Below, piece by piece: positions 6,845-13,829 of a DNA stretch of 49,347 bases (positions are counted from its first letter, which is position 1; the number at the start of each line of letters is the position of its first letter). A program made the translations under genes and the position numbers. Under the pieces are notes generated by a model. That model saw only the letters and a list, made by a program, of their open reading frames with translations, was not told the DNA's origin and made no database searches. The DNA comes from a virus, in IMG/VR virus record IMGVR_UViG_3300024518_000002, positions 1-49,347 of that record; one strand, written 5' to 3'.

Positions 6845-9343
6845 ATGGTTACTTCGTTTCACGTTGGGATTGGTGGCAATAAAGACGGTATCGGGCAATG
6901 GATGCGTTCTCTAAACGATGCTGGTATCCCCTTCCCGCTTAAATCCGTTGACGAATACGGCGTATTATTTGAGGCATTGACGGTTGGCATCGAGCGCAAT
7001 ATTACCAACTGGCTTGTCTACCGCATGAGTGAATTTGAACACAGCGCGGCGGGCGTGCGAGAAACGCCCGACTATACCCTCCCCCCCTACGATGCGGCCG
7101 TTAAACATTGGCTACCTATCGAAGCTGCCCTCCCTCCTGAGTTTGATAAGATGGCCGTTTACATAGAACCGTTTAACGAAATCCGCATGAAAAAATCGCC
7201 CGACGATGTGCAATATAAGGATATGAACGCCGCCGACTGGATGGGTGAATGTTGTTATCATCTGGCGACATTTGCCAATGAACGTGGGTATAAGGTTGCC
7301 TTGCCAGCGATTAACAGCGGGGAACCTGGCGAAAAAGACGCTGGCATGATGGATGTCGTCACTCAGTACAGTCAACCGGGGATGCTAAAACTCATCGCCT
7401 ACGCCGCCGAACATCCTGATATGTGCCTCCTGTCAATTCACGAGTACATTTGGGACAGATATTTGCATGAGGATGAATCGTGGGCAGACTGGTATCCATA
7501 TTTATTTGGGCGTTTTGAGGGGTTGATAGCCGCCGCTGACAATGCGGGGATACCACGGACATTCAAGTGCATTGTAAGCGAGTGGGGATTTGACCGCGAA
7601 AAAGCACCGCGCTGGAATGAGGCCAAGCCGATCATAGAACAATACACGGCATGGATGGTACGATGGGCGCAAATCATCGTCGGCACTACCGCTTGGACAT
7701 TACAAAACGGAGAGGGCGGGGTTGACAATGACGTACAGACATGGATAGAGCCACTCATCCATTACACGATATATGAACGGCCGTTACCCGCCGAACAGCC
7801 GCAAATCACACATGAATTATTTGGATCCACCCTACCGCAACAGGAGAAACCACCGATGATTAACACGCAAACAATAGACATCCCTGAGGATGCTACAAAT
7901 TTTGAGATTGGCATTGTAAACAAAAGCGGGGAGATTATCGACCCTACGATATTTTATGATGGCGAAAACCTCCCTATTCAGATCATGGTTACTAGCACAC
8001 TGAGCGGCGAGATACCGCCGCCACAATTCCCCGCTATTGTCCCAAATGCTTTAGGTGTCGATGTGTCCGCTCATCAGGGCAAATTTGATTGGGAAACGGC
8101 CGTTTCCAATGGTGTCACCTATGCCATTATCAGATCATCAAATGGACTAGGCAGTACGTCAACAGATCAAAACGGCCGTGACGAACAGCTATTCAGAAAC
8201 GCAGGTAGATTGACGGAGCGAAATATGCCGTGGGCAGTCTATCACTTTTTGCAGGATGGGCAGAGCATTGTCAAACAGGCGGAACTTGTCAATGATATTC
8301 TGGCAGAATTAAAGGCATTGCATATGTATCCAAAAACGGCCGTCTTTAACAATGGCGTGACATTGCCAACGCTGTTTATTGACGTTGAAAAGGCGACATT
8401 GACACCCGATCAAATTAAACTATTTGCTGATAATATCCCGTTTAGATACGGCATCTACACACGTAAATCATTATGGAATCCTATCATGGCAGGAACGGCC
8501 GTTTGGTGGGAAAATATTTGTTGCTGGGTAGCTGCATATGGTAAAAACGATGGCAGTGTTCCGCCGTGGAAACCTGGAACGCCATATGGATTTAAGCGTA
8601 ATACAATTTGGCAATACACAAGTCAGGGCGGGCATATCATCGGCTCAACCGCTGGCCTGGATTTGAATATAGCAACCCCATTTGAACAGGAAACCGAACC
8701 GCCTGACATTGACCCCCCTACTGGCAAAACATACGATTTGTTGGGCTACATGATGGGCGACGGCCGTTTATTCGAGTTCCAGCTATCTGATGCCAACAGA
8801 AACGCCACAAACCAAGAGCGCAATCAAACGCAGTCTGAGGGTGAATTATTTTATATTGTCAAGGGGGAGAATCAGGGCGTGTGGGAGCGATACCATTACA
8901 ATGACGAATACATTTTACAAGATACGGATACATCACCAGCCAACGCCAGCGACGGTACAGAACGATATTACCAAGTGCGGAGAGCGGATGGCGTGACTCT
9001 GGTTCCGTATACCAAACGACATATGAAAATTGGCGAGAAGTTTATCGGTTCCCCCCACTGGGTACAATTCTACAGAAAATCAGATTGTGAGCTGCATCCT
9101 GAAAACAGCGGTGAAGCCACAAATGTGACGACGCTAATTGCTCATTATGATTTTTATGAATTTGATAAATTAACAGTTGCAGATGTAGTTGTGGTTGAGT
9201 CGGGCGGAGAAACACACTGGTTTGCACGGGGATACGGCCGTGTCGCCTGGTATTCAATCTGGGGTAATGCTGAAATCAGCGAGGAGCATGCGCCAGGGCA
9301 ACGGCCGGATATAGTGAGGGAGGTTATCGGGTGCTTGGATTAG
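6845..9343 (+). CDS. Multi-domain endolysin: N-terminal clan-A-like glycosidase, central GH25 muramidase, unknown C-terminal domain
   Basis: GVDVSAHQGKFDWETAVSNGVTYAIIRSS...AVYHFL is a classic GH25 signature. The N-terminal domain has EPFNE and VSEWG motifs typical of TIM-barrel glycosidases. The last ~210 aa are unassigned. Confidence 0.8.
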   Translation: MVTSFHVGIGGNKDGIGQWMRSLNDAGIPFPLKSVDEYGVLFEALTVGIERNITNWLVYRMSEFEHSAAGVRETPDYTLPPYDAAVKHWLPIEAALPPEFDKMAVYIEPFNEIRMKKSPDDVQYKDMNAADWMGECCYHLATFANERGYKVALPAINSGEPGEKDAGMMDVVTQYSQPGMLKLIAYAAEHPDMCLLSIHEYIWDRYLHEDESWADWYPYLFGRFEGLIAAADNAGIPRTFKCIVSEWGFDREKAPRWNEAKPIIEQYTAWMVRWAQIIVGTTAWTLQNGEGGVDNDVQTWIEPLIHYTIYERPLPAEQPQITHELFGSTLPQQEKPPMINTQTIDIPEDATNFEIGIVNKSGEIIDPTIFYDGENLPIQIMVTSTLSGEIPPPQFPAIVPNALGVDVSAHQGKFDWETAVSNGVTYAIIRSSNGLGSTSTDQNGRDEQLFRNAGRLTERNMPWAVYHFLQDGQSIVKQAELVNDILAELKALHMYPKTAVFNNGVTLPTLFIDVEKATLTPDQIKLFADNIPFRYGIYTRKSLWNPIMAGTAVWWENICCWVAAYGKNDGSVPPWKPGTPYGFKRNTIWQYTSQGGHIIGSTAGLDLNIATPFEQETEPPDIDPPTGKTYDLLGYMMGDGRLFEFQLSDANRNATNQERNQTQSEGELFYIVKGENQGVWERYHYNDEYILQDTDTSPANASDGTERYYQVRRADGVTLVPYTKRHMKIGEKFIGSPHWVQFYRKSDCELHPENSGEATNVTTLIAHYDFYEFDKLTVADVVVVESGGETHWFARGYGRVAWYSIWGNAEISEEHAPGQRPDIVREVIGCLD

Positions 9344-9560
9344 TAAGACGGCCGTTCAATTCGCGGCGTATGTATTCCTGCGAATCACTCACGCCCCTCA
9401 GAACAGCAATAGCAGCTTGTGCCATAAATGTATGAACATCACCTCCGACAACTGGCATCATTGACCATTCGAGGTCATTACTATCCTGTATTTTGTCCCA
9501 CCATTCACCAACTGCGGCGGTTAGCGACACTTCCAACTGTGCAATATCTGAAACTTTCAT
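9324..9560 (-). CDS. Hypothetical protein
   Basis: 78 aa with GGGAGA RBS. Convergent 20-nt overlap with the endolysin. Confidence 0.55.
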   Translation of the reverse strand: MKVSDIAQLEVSLTAAVGEWWDKIQDSNDLEWSMMPVVGGDVHTFMAQAAIAVLRGVSDSQEYIRRELNGRLTNPSTR

Positions 9561-9614
9561 GATTTCTCCCTGACTTCAGTACGAGGCCGCAGAAACGGCC
9601 GTTTATTGGGTTGT

Positions 9615-10433
9615 TTACTCATAGGTAAACAAATCATCATTATCCCCGTATTCCTCTTCCCAATCGGGGGATGGGGGTGGTTCTAACAATGGCTGGCTTG
9701 AGACTTCTTCCGTTTCTGCATCGTCGTTAAATTCCAAAATACGTATATTGCTTGGCTGCTTGCTGGCAAAATTCTCATTAATCAGACTGAGGGCGCGGTA
9801 TACATCCTGCTCTGCTCGTTTGTTTGCCACCCACTCCCATGTTCGGCCGTTTGGCGGATCAATGGGGTCGCCCTTTGCCCTGCTTTTGGTTGCCTTTCTG
9901 GCGACCATATCCGCCTTTTTGATGACACCGATCCCCGTTCTACATACCATCTGTTGAGCAACTAGCCAGGGGACGCCCGATTCAACTAATTTCAGATACT
10001 CGCTCAGGCGGTACGCTTTGCAAATTGAAGCGACGTCACCAGCTAAAATATGGTACTGCTGCCGTTCCTCGCCTACCATTGTACGCGGTTCATAAACGCG
10101 CCGCGTCTGGTCGGTGTCCTCATTGTCAATATACCAGATGGGTGTATCAACTTCCCGCGCCTTGCGTCGCCAGAAAGCAATTCCCAACATGACGACATTT
10201 TTCCCCTTCCAGTCCTTCCAAATATGAATTTCCCCCGTTGTCGGCAGGGGATTAGCCCCCGACATAATAGCCAACTGAGCGGCTGCAATCATACCGCTCT
10301 TGCCTACATCTTCATAGGCGGGATGAAATGCCATCATGCGATCTGATAATTCCCTAATCTCATTACGCTCCCCGTAATTCGCCAATGCCGTACCGTCTAC
10401 CTTTTCTAATGCCTGCGTATTATTTTCACTCAT
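9615..10433 (-). CDS. RecT-like single-strand annealing protein (tentative)
   Basis: Start moved to the ATG preceded by GGAGGA (MSENNTQ). AAAQLAIMSGANPLPTTGEIHIW...LGIAFWRRKA and NGRTWEWVANKRAEQDVYRAL resemble RecT core motifs. Confidence 0.5.
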   Translation of the reverse strand: MSENNTQALEKVDGTALANYGERNEIRELSDRMMAFHPAYEDVGKSGMIAAAQLAIMSGANPLPTTGEIHIWKDWKGKNVVMLGIAFWRRKAREVDTPIWYIDNEDTDQTRRVYEPRTMVGEERQQYHILAGDVASICKAYRLSEYLKLVESGVPWLVAQQMVCRTGIGVIKKADMVARKATKSRAKGDPIDPPNGRTWEWVANKRAEQDVYRALSLINENFASKQPSNIRILEFNDDAETEEVSSQPLLEPPPSPDWEEEYGDNDDLFTYE

Positions 10434-10434
10434 G

Positions 10435-10701
10435 TTATCCTCCATAGATTGACGCATCGTTTACCGTCGCGTCATAATCCTGCTCAATTAACATCTCGTC
10501 CAATTCGACTGGCGGAAGCAAATCTTTGATCTTTTGCTCTGCCTGTTCTACATAAATAACCGCTTCAGTATCTTTTTGAGCATACTCTCTTAGGGCTTTG
10601 AGTTCCCGCTGATAATGATTTGCCCATCGTGCCTTGTATGCCCTTTGTTTGGTTGTTCCTGTGAATTGACTTGCAACGTAGTGATGTGTTACTGTTGTCA
10701 T
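10435..10701 (-). CDS. Hypothetical protein (first gene of leftward operon)
   Basis: 88 aa with AGGAG RBS. Stop lies 1 nt before the next ATG. Confidence 0.6.
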   Translation of the reverse strand: MTTVTHHYVASQFTGTTKQRAYKARWANHYQRELKALREYAQKDTEAVIYVEQAEQKIKDLLPPVELDEMLIEQDYDATVNDASIYGG

Positions 10702-10725
10702 GTGATTTCTCCTGTTGTGAGAACT

Positions 10726-10758
10726 AGCCCGATCTTTTCTGGGAGGTCGGGCTTTTTT
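10726..10758 (+). terminator. Stem-loop AGCCCGA/TCGGGCT followed by T6 (in the 5' leader of the leftward operon, terminator-like only on + strand)
   Basis: 7-bp stem 10726-10732/10747-10753, 14-nt loop, T-run 10753-10758. Confidence 0.35.
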
Positions 10759-10778
10759 GTTGCCTGTGTCTACCTATT

Positions 10779-10806
10779 ATTATACACATTTTGGACTGTT
10801 TGTCAA
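10779..10806 (-). promoter_or_regulatory. Leftward sigma70-type promoter TTGACA-16-TATAAT
   Basis: Minus strand reads TTGACA (10801-10806), a 16-nt spacer, then TATAAT (10779-10784). Confidence 0.6.
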
Positions 10807-10834
10807 GTCGGCTTTACGCAGAGGGACATTGCCC

Positions 10835-10863
10835 TTGACAAACTATGTAATATCCATTAGTAT
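10835..10863 (+). promoter_or_regulatory. Rightward promoter TTGACA-17-TAGTAT, start codon 10871 lies 7-8 nt after the -10
   Basis: TTGACA 10835-10840 and TAGTAT 10858-10863. Forms a 10-bp inverted repeat (GTTTGTCAAG/CTTGACAAAC) with the leftward -35. Confidence 0.5.
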
Positions 10864-10870
10864 AGAGGGC

Positions 10871-11119
10871 ATGAGTAATGAAAAAGTATTAAAAAATGAC
10901 ATTGCCTATATTTTAGGCATAACTCGCCAGTATTTTTATATGCTAGGGCGCGATGGGGTTTTATCCAGTGGTGATATAACCGTTAGTGAGTTACAAACAA
11001 TCGTGTCTGAGTTTGTCAAAATTAAGCAAATGCGACTGGATAAGGAAAAGGAGCAAATTGAGCGGCGGCTCAAGATAATTCAGCAGCGATACACACCCAA
11101 GCTAGAAGTAACTATGTAG
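10871..11119 (+). CDS. HTH DNA-binding regulator (repressor/Cro-like position)
   Basis: 82 aa. DIAYILGITRQYFYMLGRDG looks like a helix-turn-helix. Sits at the divergent promoter region. Confidence 0.55.
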   Translation: MSNEKVLKNDIAYILGITRQYFYMLGRDGVLSSGDITVSELQTIVSEFVKIKQMRLDKEKEQIERRLKIIQQRYTPKLEVTM

Positions 11120-11350
11120 GATTATCCGCATCGTCGGGATACTTGTTCCCTCTTATCCCTCCCCCTCTTGACTGGCGATGCGATCATCAATTTTGTTGTG
11201 GGGCTGCCTACCTTCTCTGGCGGCTTCACAGCAAAGCGGGTGATGTAGTCCGCTTATTGTTTACCTCCTTTTTGTTGAGGGGGCGGTTGAGATGACGGCC
11301 GTTCCCCCATTAAGGAGTAGTCTACTTTGGAGTATGTAACGTGAAATCAA

Positions 11351-11424
11351 GCCAGTGAGTCACAAAATTGTCAAGCAGACTTGTCTGCAACGGTGGCAAC
11401 CATCTGCAATTGATGGCACTGGCT
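11351..11424 (+). ncRNA. tRNA-shaped module 1 (74 nt) without anticodon loop
   Basis: Perfect 7-bp acceptor-like helix GCCAGTG/CACTGGC. Adjacent T-like arm CCATC-TGCAATT-GATGG. Central hairpin GCAGA-CTTG-TCTGC. No clear D-arm. Confidence 0.35.
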
Positions 11425-11519
11425 CATGGGTATATACCGATTTTTGATGGTACGTGATCTGCAACACGCCCCTTTGCGGAGATGTTTCCGGATCATCGCA
11501 AAACCGGATTTAACAACAC

Positions 11520-11664
11520 GCCACCGGTGGCGAAAGTGGTCGCCACAATACCACCTGAGACTGAACGAGATTTGACGGCGAAAGTCAGATAGAAAGCCGC
11601 TCGGCTCTACTCAAGGTCTGATGGATTTACCAGTTGGTTCGGTTCGACTCCGGCCGGTGGCTCA
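11520..11664 (+). ncRNA. tRNA-like module 2 (~145 nt): acceptor, D-arm and T-arm canonical, anticodon arm replaced by ~95-nt insert
   Basis: GCCACCGG/CCGGTGGC 8-bp helix. D-arm GGCG-AAAGTGGT-CGCC. T-loop TTCGACT. Insert hairpins at 11570-11590 and 11595-11606. Confidence 0.45.
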
Positions 11665-12037
11665 CACTGCGGAAACCATGACCGCCGTGTAAAACTATCC
11701 CAAATTGGTGACAGCCGGAGAGTACGGCATTACAGTATGGTTGGGTACATTTACCGCTGTTCTTAGGAAATGCCAGTGGACGCTACTTAGTGCGAGTGGG
11801 GATGGCGACTTGCGACCGCCATCTTAAATGAGCAACGTTAAACCGCCCATATTAACAGAATAATAGCGGCATAAGAAACGGACTATGCAAAATCTCATGC
11901 GGGAGATTCAAGAGGCGTCGGCCACACTGTCTCCGAGTGCAAGCGAGTGTACATAGCTGGATAGGAGTATACGCAGCCAAATTAGCGACTGGCCTATTAT
12001 TCTGTTTTTAATACCTTTCCTTGCAGGAGCGATTGAA

Positions 12038-12262
12038 ATGTATACACTTGAACTTGCGAACTGTGAACAAATACTGCTGGATGAGATTGCCGACAAGGCG
12101 ATGAGGCAAAAAGACGTTGCCCAGAGCTATGCACTGGCAATACTGTCTAGCGAAAAGCCTGACTGGATAGTTGTGAATAGGGCTATCATAGGACGCTGGT
12201 CACATTCAGGATTACAGCGCATAAAAAGGATGGCGTGGTCTGGTAAATGTTTTGATGATTAA
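12038..12262 (+). CDS. Hypothetical protein
   Basis: 74 aa with AGGAG RBS 8 nt upstream. Confidence 0.55.
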   Translation: MYTLELANCEQILLDEIADKAMRQKDVAQSYALAILSSEKPDWIVVNRAIIGRWSHSGLQRIKRMAWSGKCFDD

Positions 12263-12297
12263 CAATTTAGTCACTCGAGTAAATAAACAACACAATA

Positions 12298-12540
12298 ATG
12301 AAATACACAATTGTACGACCCAACAAAAGAATAACCCCTTCAATGACATTTGATCGTATAATGTTGCTTCACATAATCATTATACCAAACACAACCACAT
12401 GTTGCGGCCGAAATGCCGAAGGGTGGGACTTGCCATTCAGGTATACAAAGCGTGGTATGCCATCGCTCAATGAAATAATAAAAAATGAGAAGGAGTTTTG
12501 CCTAAGCTGTATTCAATCAATCAAAAAATCGCTCGAATAA
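12298..12540 (+). CDS. Hypothetical protein in AT-rich islet
   Basis: 80-aa ORF with no obvious RBS. Locally AT-rich compared with its neighbours. Confidence 0.35.
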   Translation: MKYTIVRPNKRITPSMTFDRIMLLHIIIIPNTTTCCGRNAEGWDLPFRYTKRGMPSLNEIIKNEKEFCLSCIQSIKKSLE

Positions 12541-12573
12541 ATAAACAGTGTCGGAAATAAAGTATACAATTAG

Positions 12574-12601
12574 TTGGTGTCTGTGAGCCACCGAAGCGGC
12601 T
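12574..12601 (+). promoter_or_regulatory. Copy 1 of conserved intergenic motif TTGGTGTnnnTGAGCCACCGARGCGGCT
   Basis: Near-identical to 12950..12976. Contains hairpin AGCC-A-C-CGAA-G-C-GGCT. Ends 22 nt before ATG 12623. Confidence 0.5.
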
Positions 12602-12622
12602 GTATAAACTTTGAAGGACAAA

Positions 12623-12937
12623 ATGAATAAGAATCAGCTTCCCTTGAACATTAGAGTACAAAAATTTATAGTTGGTTATTTGGAAAATCATTATCATACT
12701 GATATTTGTGACACTCAACTCCACGATGAGTTTTTCCAGGAGTTTGGGGGAAAGAGGAAACGCGCAAATTGGGGAGCAGAGCGTGTATACAAAATATCCT
12801 TTTGGTTAAAAAGACTTTTTGACGAAGGCGTTTTGGATCGGGGCATCGTCTCTCTCTCCGGAAGCTGGCACCCTGGATTTCCGAAGTGGGTATATGGATA
12901 CACACTGTCAAAATCGTGGAAAGCAAATGTCAAATAG
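12623..12937 (+). CDS. Hypothetical protein
   Basis: GAAGGA RBS before ATG 12623. 104 aa. Confidence 0.5.
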   Translation: MNKNQLPLNIRVQKFIVGYLENHYHTDICDTQLHDEFFQEFGGKRKRANWGAERVYKISFWLKRLFDEGVLDRGIVSLSGSWHPGFPKWVYGYTLSKSWKANVK

Positions 12938-12949
12938 ACCACACTCCTT

Positions 12950-12976
12950 TTGGTGTGATGAGCCACCGAGGCGGCT
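12950..12976 (+). promoter_or_regulatory. Copy 2 of the conserved intergenic motif
   Basis: TTGGTGTGATGAGCCACCGAGGCGGCT followed by AAAT7. Ends 16 nt before ATG 12992. Confidence 0.5.
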
Positions 12977-12991
12977 AAATTTTTTTGGGGA

Positions 12992-13396
12992 ATGGAAGTG
13001 ATGGATGAAAACAAGTACGAAAGGGCACCGTGCGTGAAATGCGGAGGAACATGGTTTTATAAAAGCCATAATAGTTGCGTTGCCTGCAATAGGTTAAGAT
13101 CGCGCAAGTGGCACCATAATAACTATGTATCAGTTGGTATATATAGAAAATACGATACGGATGATATTTTGAAATTCATCATTGATTCATGGCAAGAAAA
13201 TGGGTTCCCCCCGACAATTAGGGAGATATGTCGCGGATGTAACATCTCATCGACAAGCGTCGTGTCCTATCATTTGGATATTTTGGAAAGGCGCGGCGAG
13301 ATAGAGCGCAATCCGGCCGTGTCTCGTGGGATTCGATTGTGTAACTGGCGTGTTGTTTTGGAGCCAGTAGCACAAGAGAAACTTTTGACACCATAA
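12992..13396 (+). CDS. Zinc-ribbon + LexA-type winged-helix DNA-binding domain protein (no S24 peptidase domain)
   Basis: CVKCGG...CVACN, then ILKFIIDSWQENGFPPTIREICRGCNISSTSVVSYHLDILERRGEIERNPAVSRGIRL, which matches the LexA N-terminal domain pattern. Confidence 0.65.
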   Translation: MEVMDENKYERAPCVKCGGTWFYKSHNSCVACNRLRSRKWHHNNYVSVGIYRKYDTDDILKFIIDSWQENGFPPTIREICRGCNISSTSVVSYHLDILERRGEIERNPAVSRGIRLCNWRVVLEPVAQEKLLTP

Positions 13397-13414
13397 CGTC
13401 AAATTTAGTATAAT
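13385..13414 (+). promoter_or_regulatory. Consensus sigma70 promoter TTGACA-18-TATAAT
   Basis: Both hexamers perfect (13385-13390, 13409-13414). Overlaps the stop of the upstream gene. Confidence 0.7.
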
Positions 13415-13420
13415 GTAGGA

Positions 13421-13608
13421 AGCTCGTAGGGATGGCGAACCTACAGATGAGCATTAAAAATAAGAGTGTGCGGCATCATACAAGGCATCTACCTTGTGCG
13501 CTGCGGTTTACCCCTACCAATTAGCCGTTGGTAGCTATTAAATCGCACACTCGCTTAAACCGCAGCGCACAGAGCAGATGTTTTTTTGTTACCTATCGGA
13601 GGAAAGCC
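13421..13608 (+). ncRNA. Highly structured ~190-nt leader / cis-regulatory RNA
   Basis: Interleaved perfect helices: 9 bp (13464-72/13544-52) and 15 bp (13496-510/13556-70). Inner hairpin 13514-13534. T7 run at 13581-13587. Confidence 0.5.
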
Positions 13609-13824
13609 ATGAATAAACCAACAATGAAGCGAGAATTAGCCGTATCGTGTTCATATCCATCGACAGGAACTATTCATTTTTCAGCAACAAACGACGCAGC
13701 CAGTGATGTAGCGCAATTCGGTGTTTTGCATAGCTTTGGCGATGGTAATTACCATCTAATCGTTGATCCTCGCTATGATTTTGAGGAGGTCGAGGCGTGG
13801 ATTAGGGGATATGGCGAAAATTAG
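13609..13824 (+). CDS. Hypothetical protein
   Basis: GGAGGA RBS before ATG 13609. 71 aa. Trimmed from the TTG-start track ORF. Confidence 0.6.
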   Translation: MNKPTMKRELAVSCSYPSTGTIHFSATNDAASDVAQFGVLHSFGDGNYHLIVDPRYDFEEVEAWIRGYGEN

Positions 13825-13829
13825 CGGGG

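Larger units (their letters stand above)
11120..12037 (+). ncRNA. ~0.9-kb ORF-free, hairpin-dense region; candidate large structured ncRNA (strand not proven)
   Basis: No credible ORF in a genome otherwise packed gene-to-gene. Contains two tRNA-shaped modules, several perfect hairpins, and a 13-bp long-range helix (11854-11866/11994-12006) followed by a T-run. Confidence 0.45.

Noticed and set aside
11520-11664. tmRNA
   Set aside because: It is only about 145 nt and has a normal 4-bp D-stem, which tmRNAs lack. The only Ala-initiated mini-frame (GCG AAA GTC AGA TAG) does not resemble a degradation tag.
11120-12037. attP site carrying a host tRNA 3' fragment
   Set aside because: The tRNA-like pieces include 5' acceptor strands and a D-arm, not just a 3' fragment. 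No tyrosine or serine recombinase gene is present in the window. This is not fully excluded.
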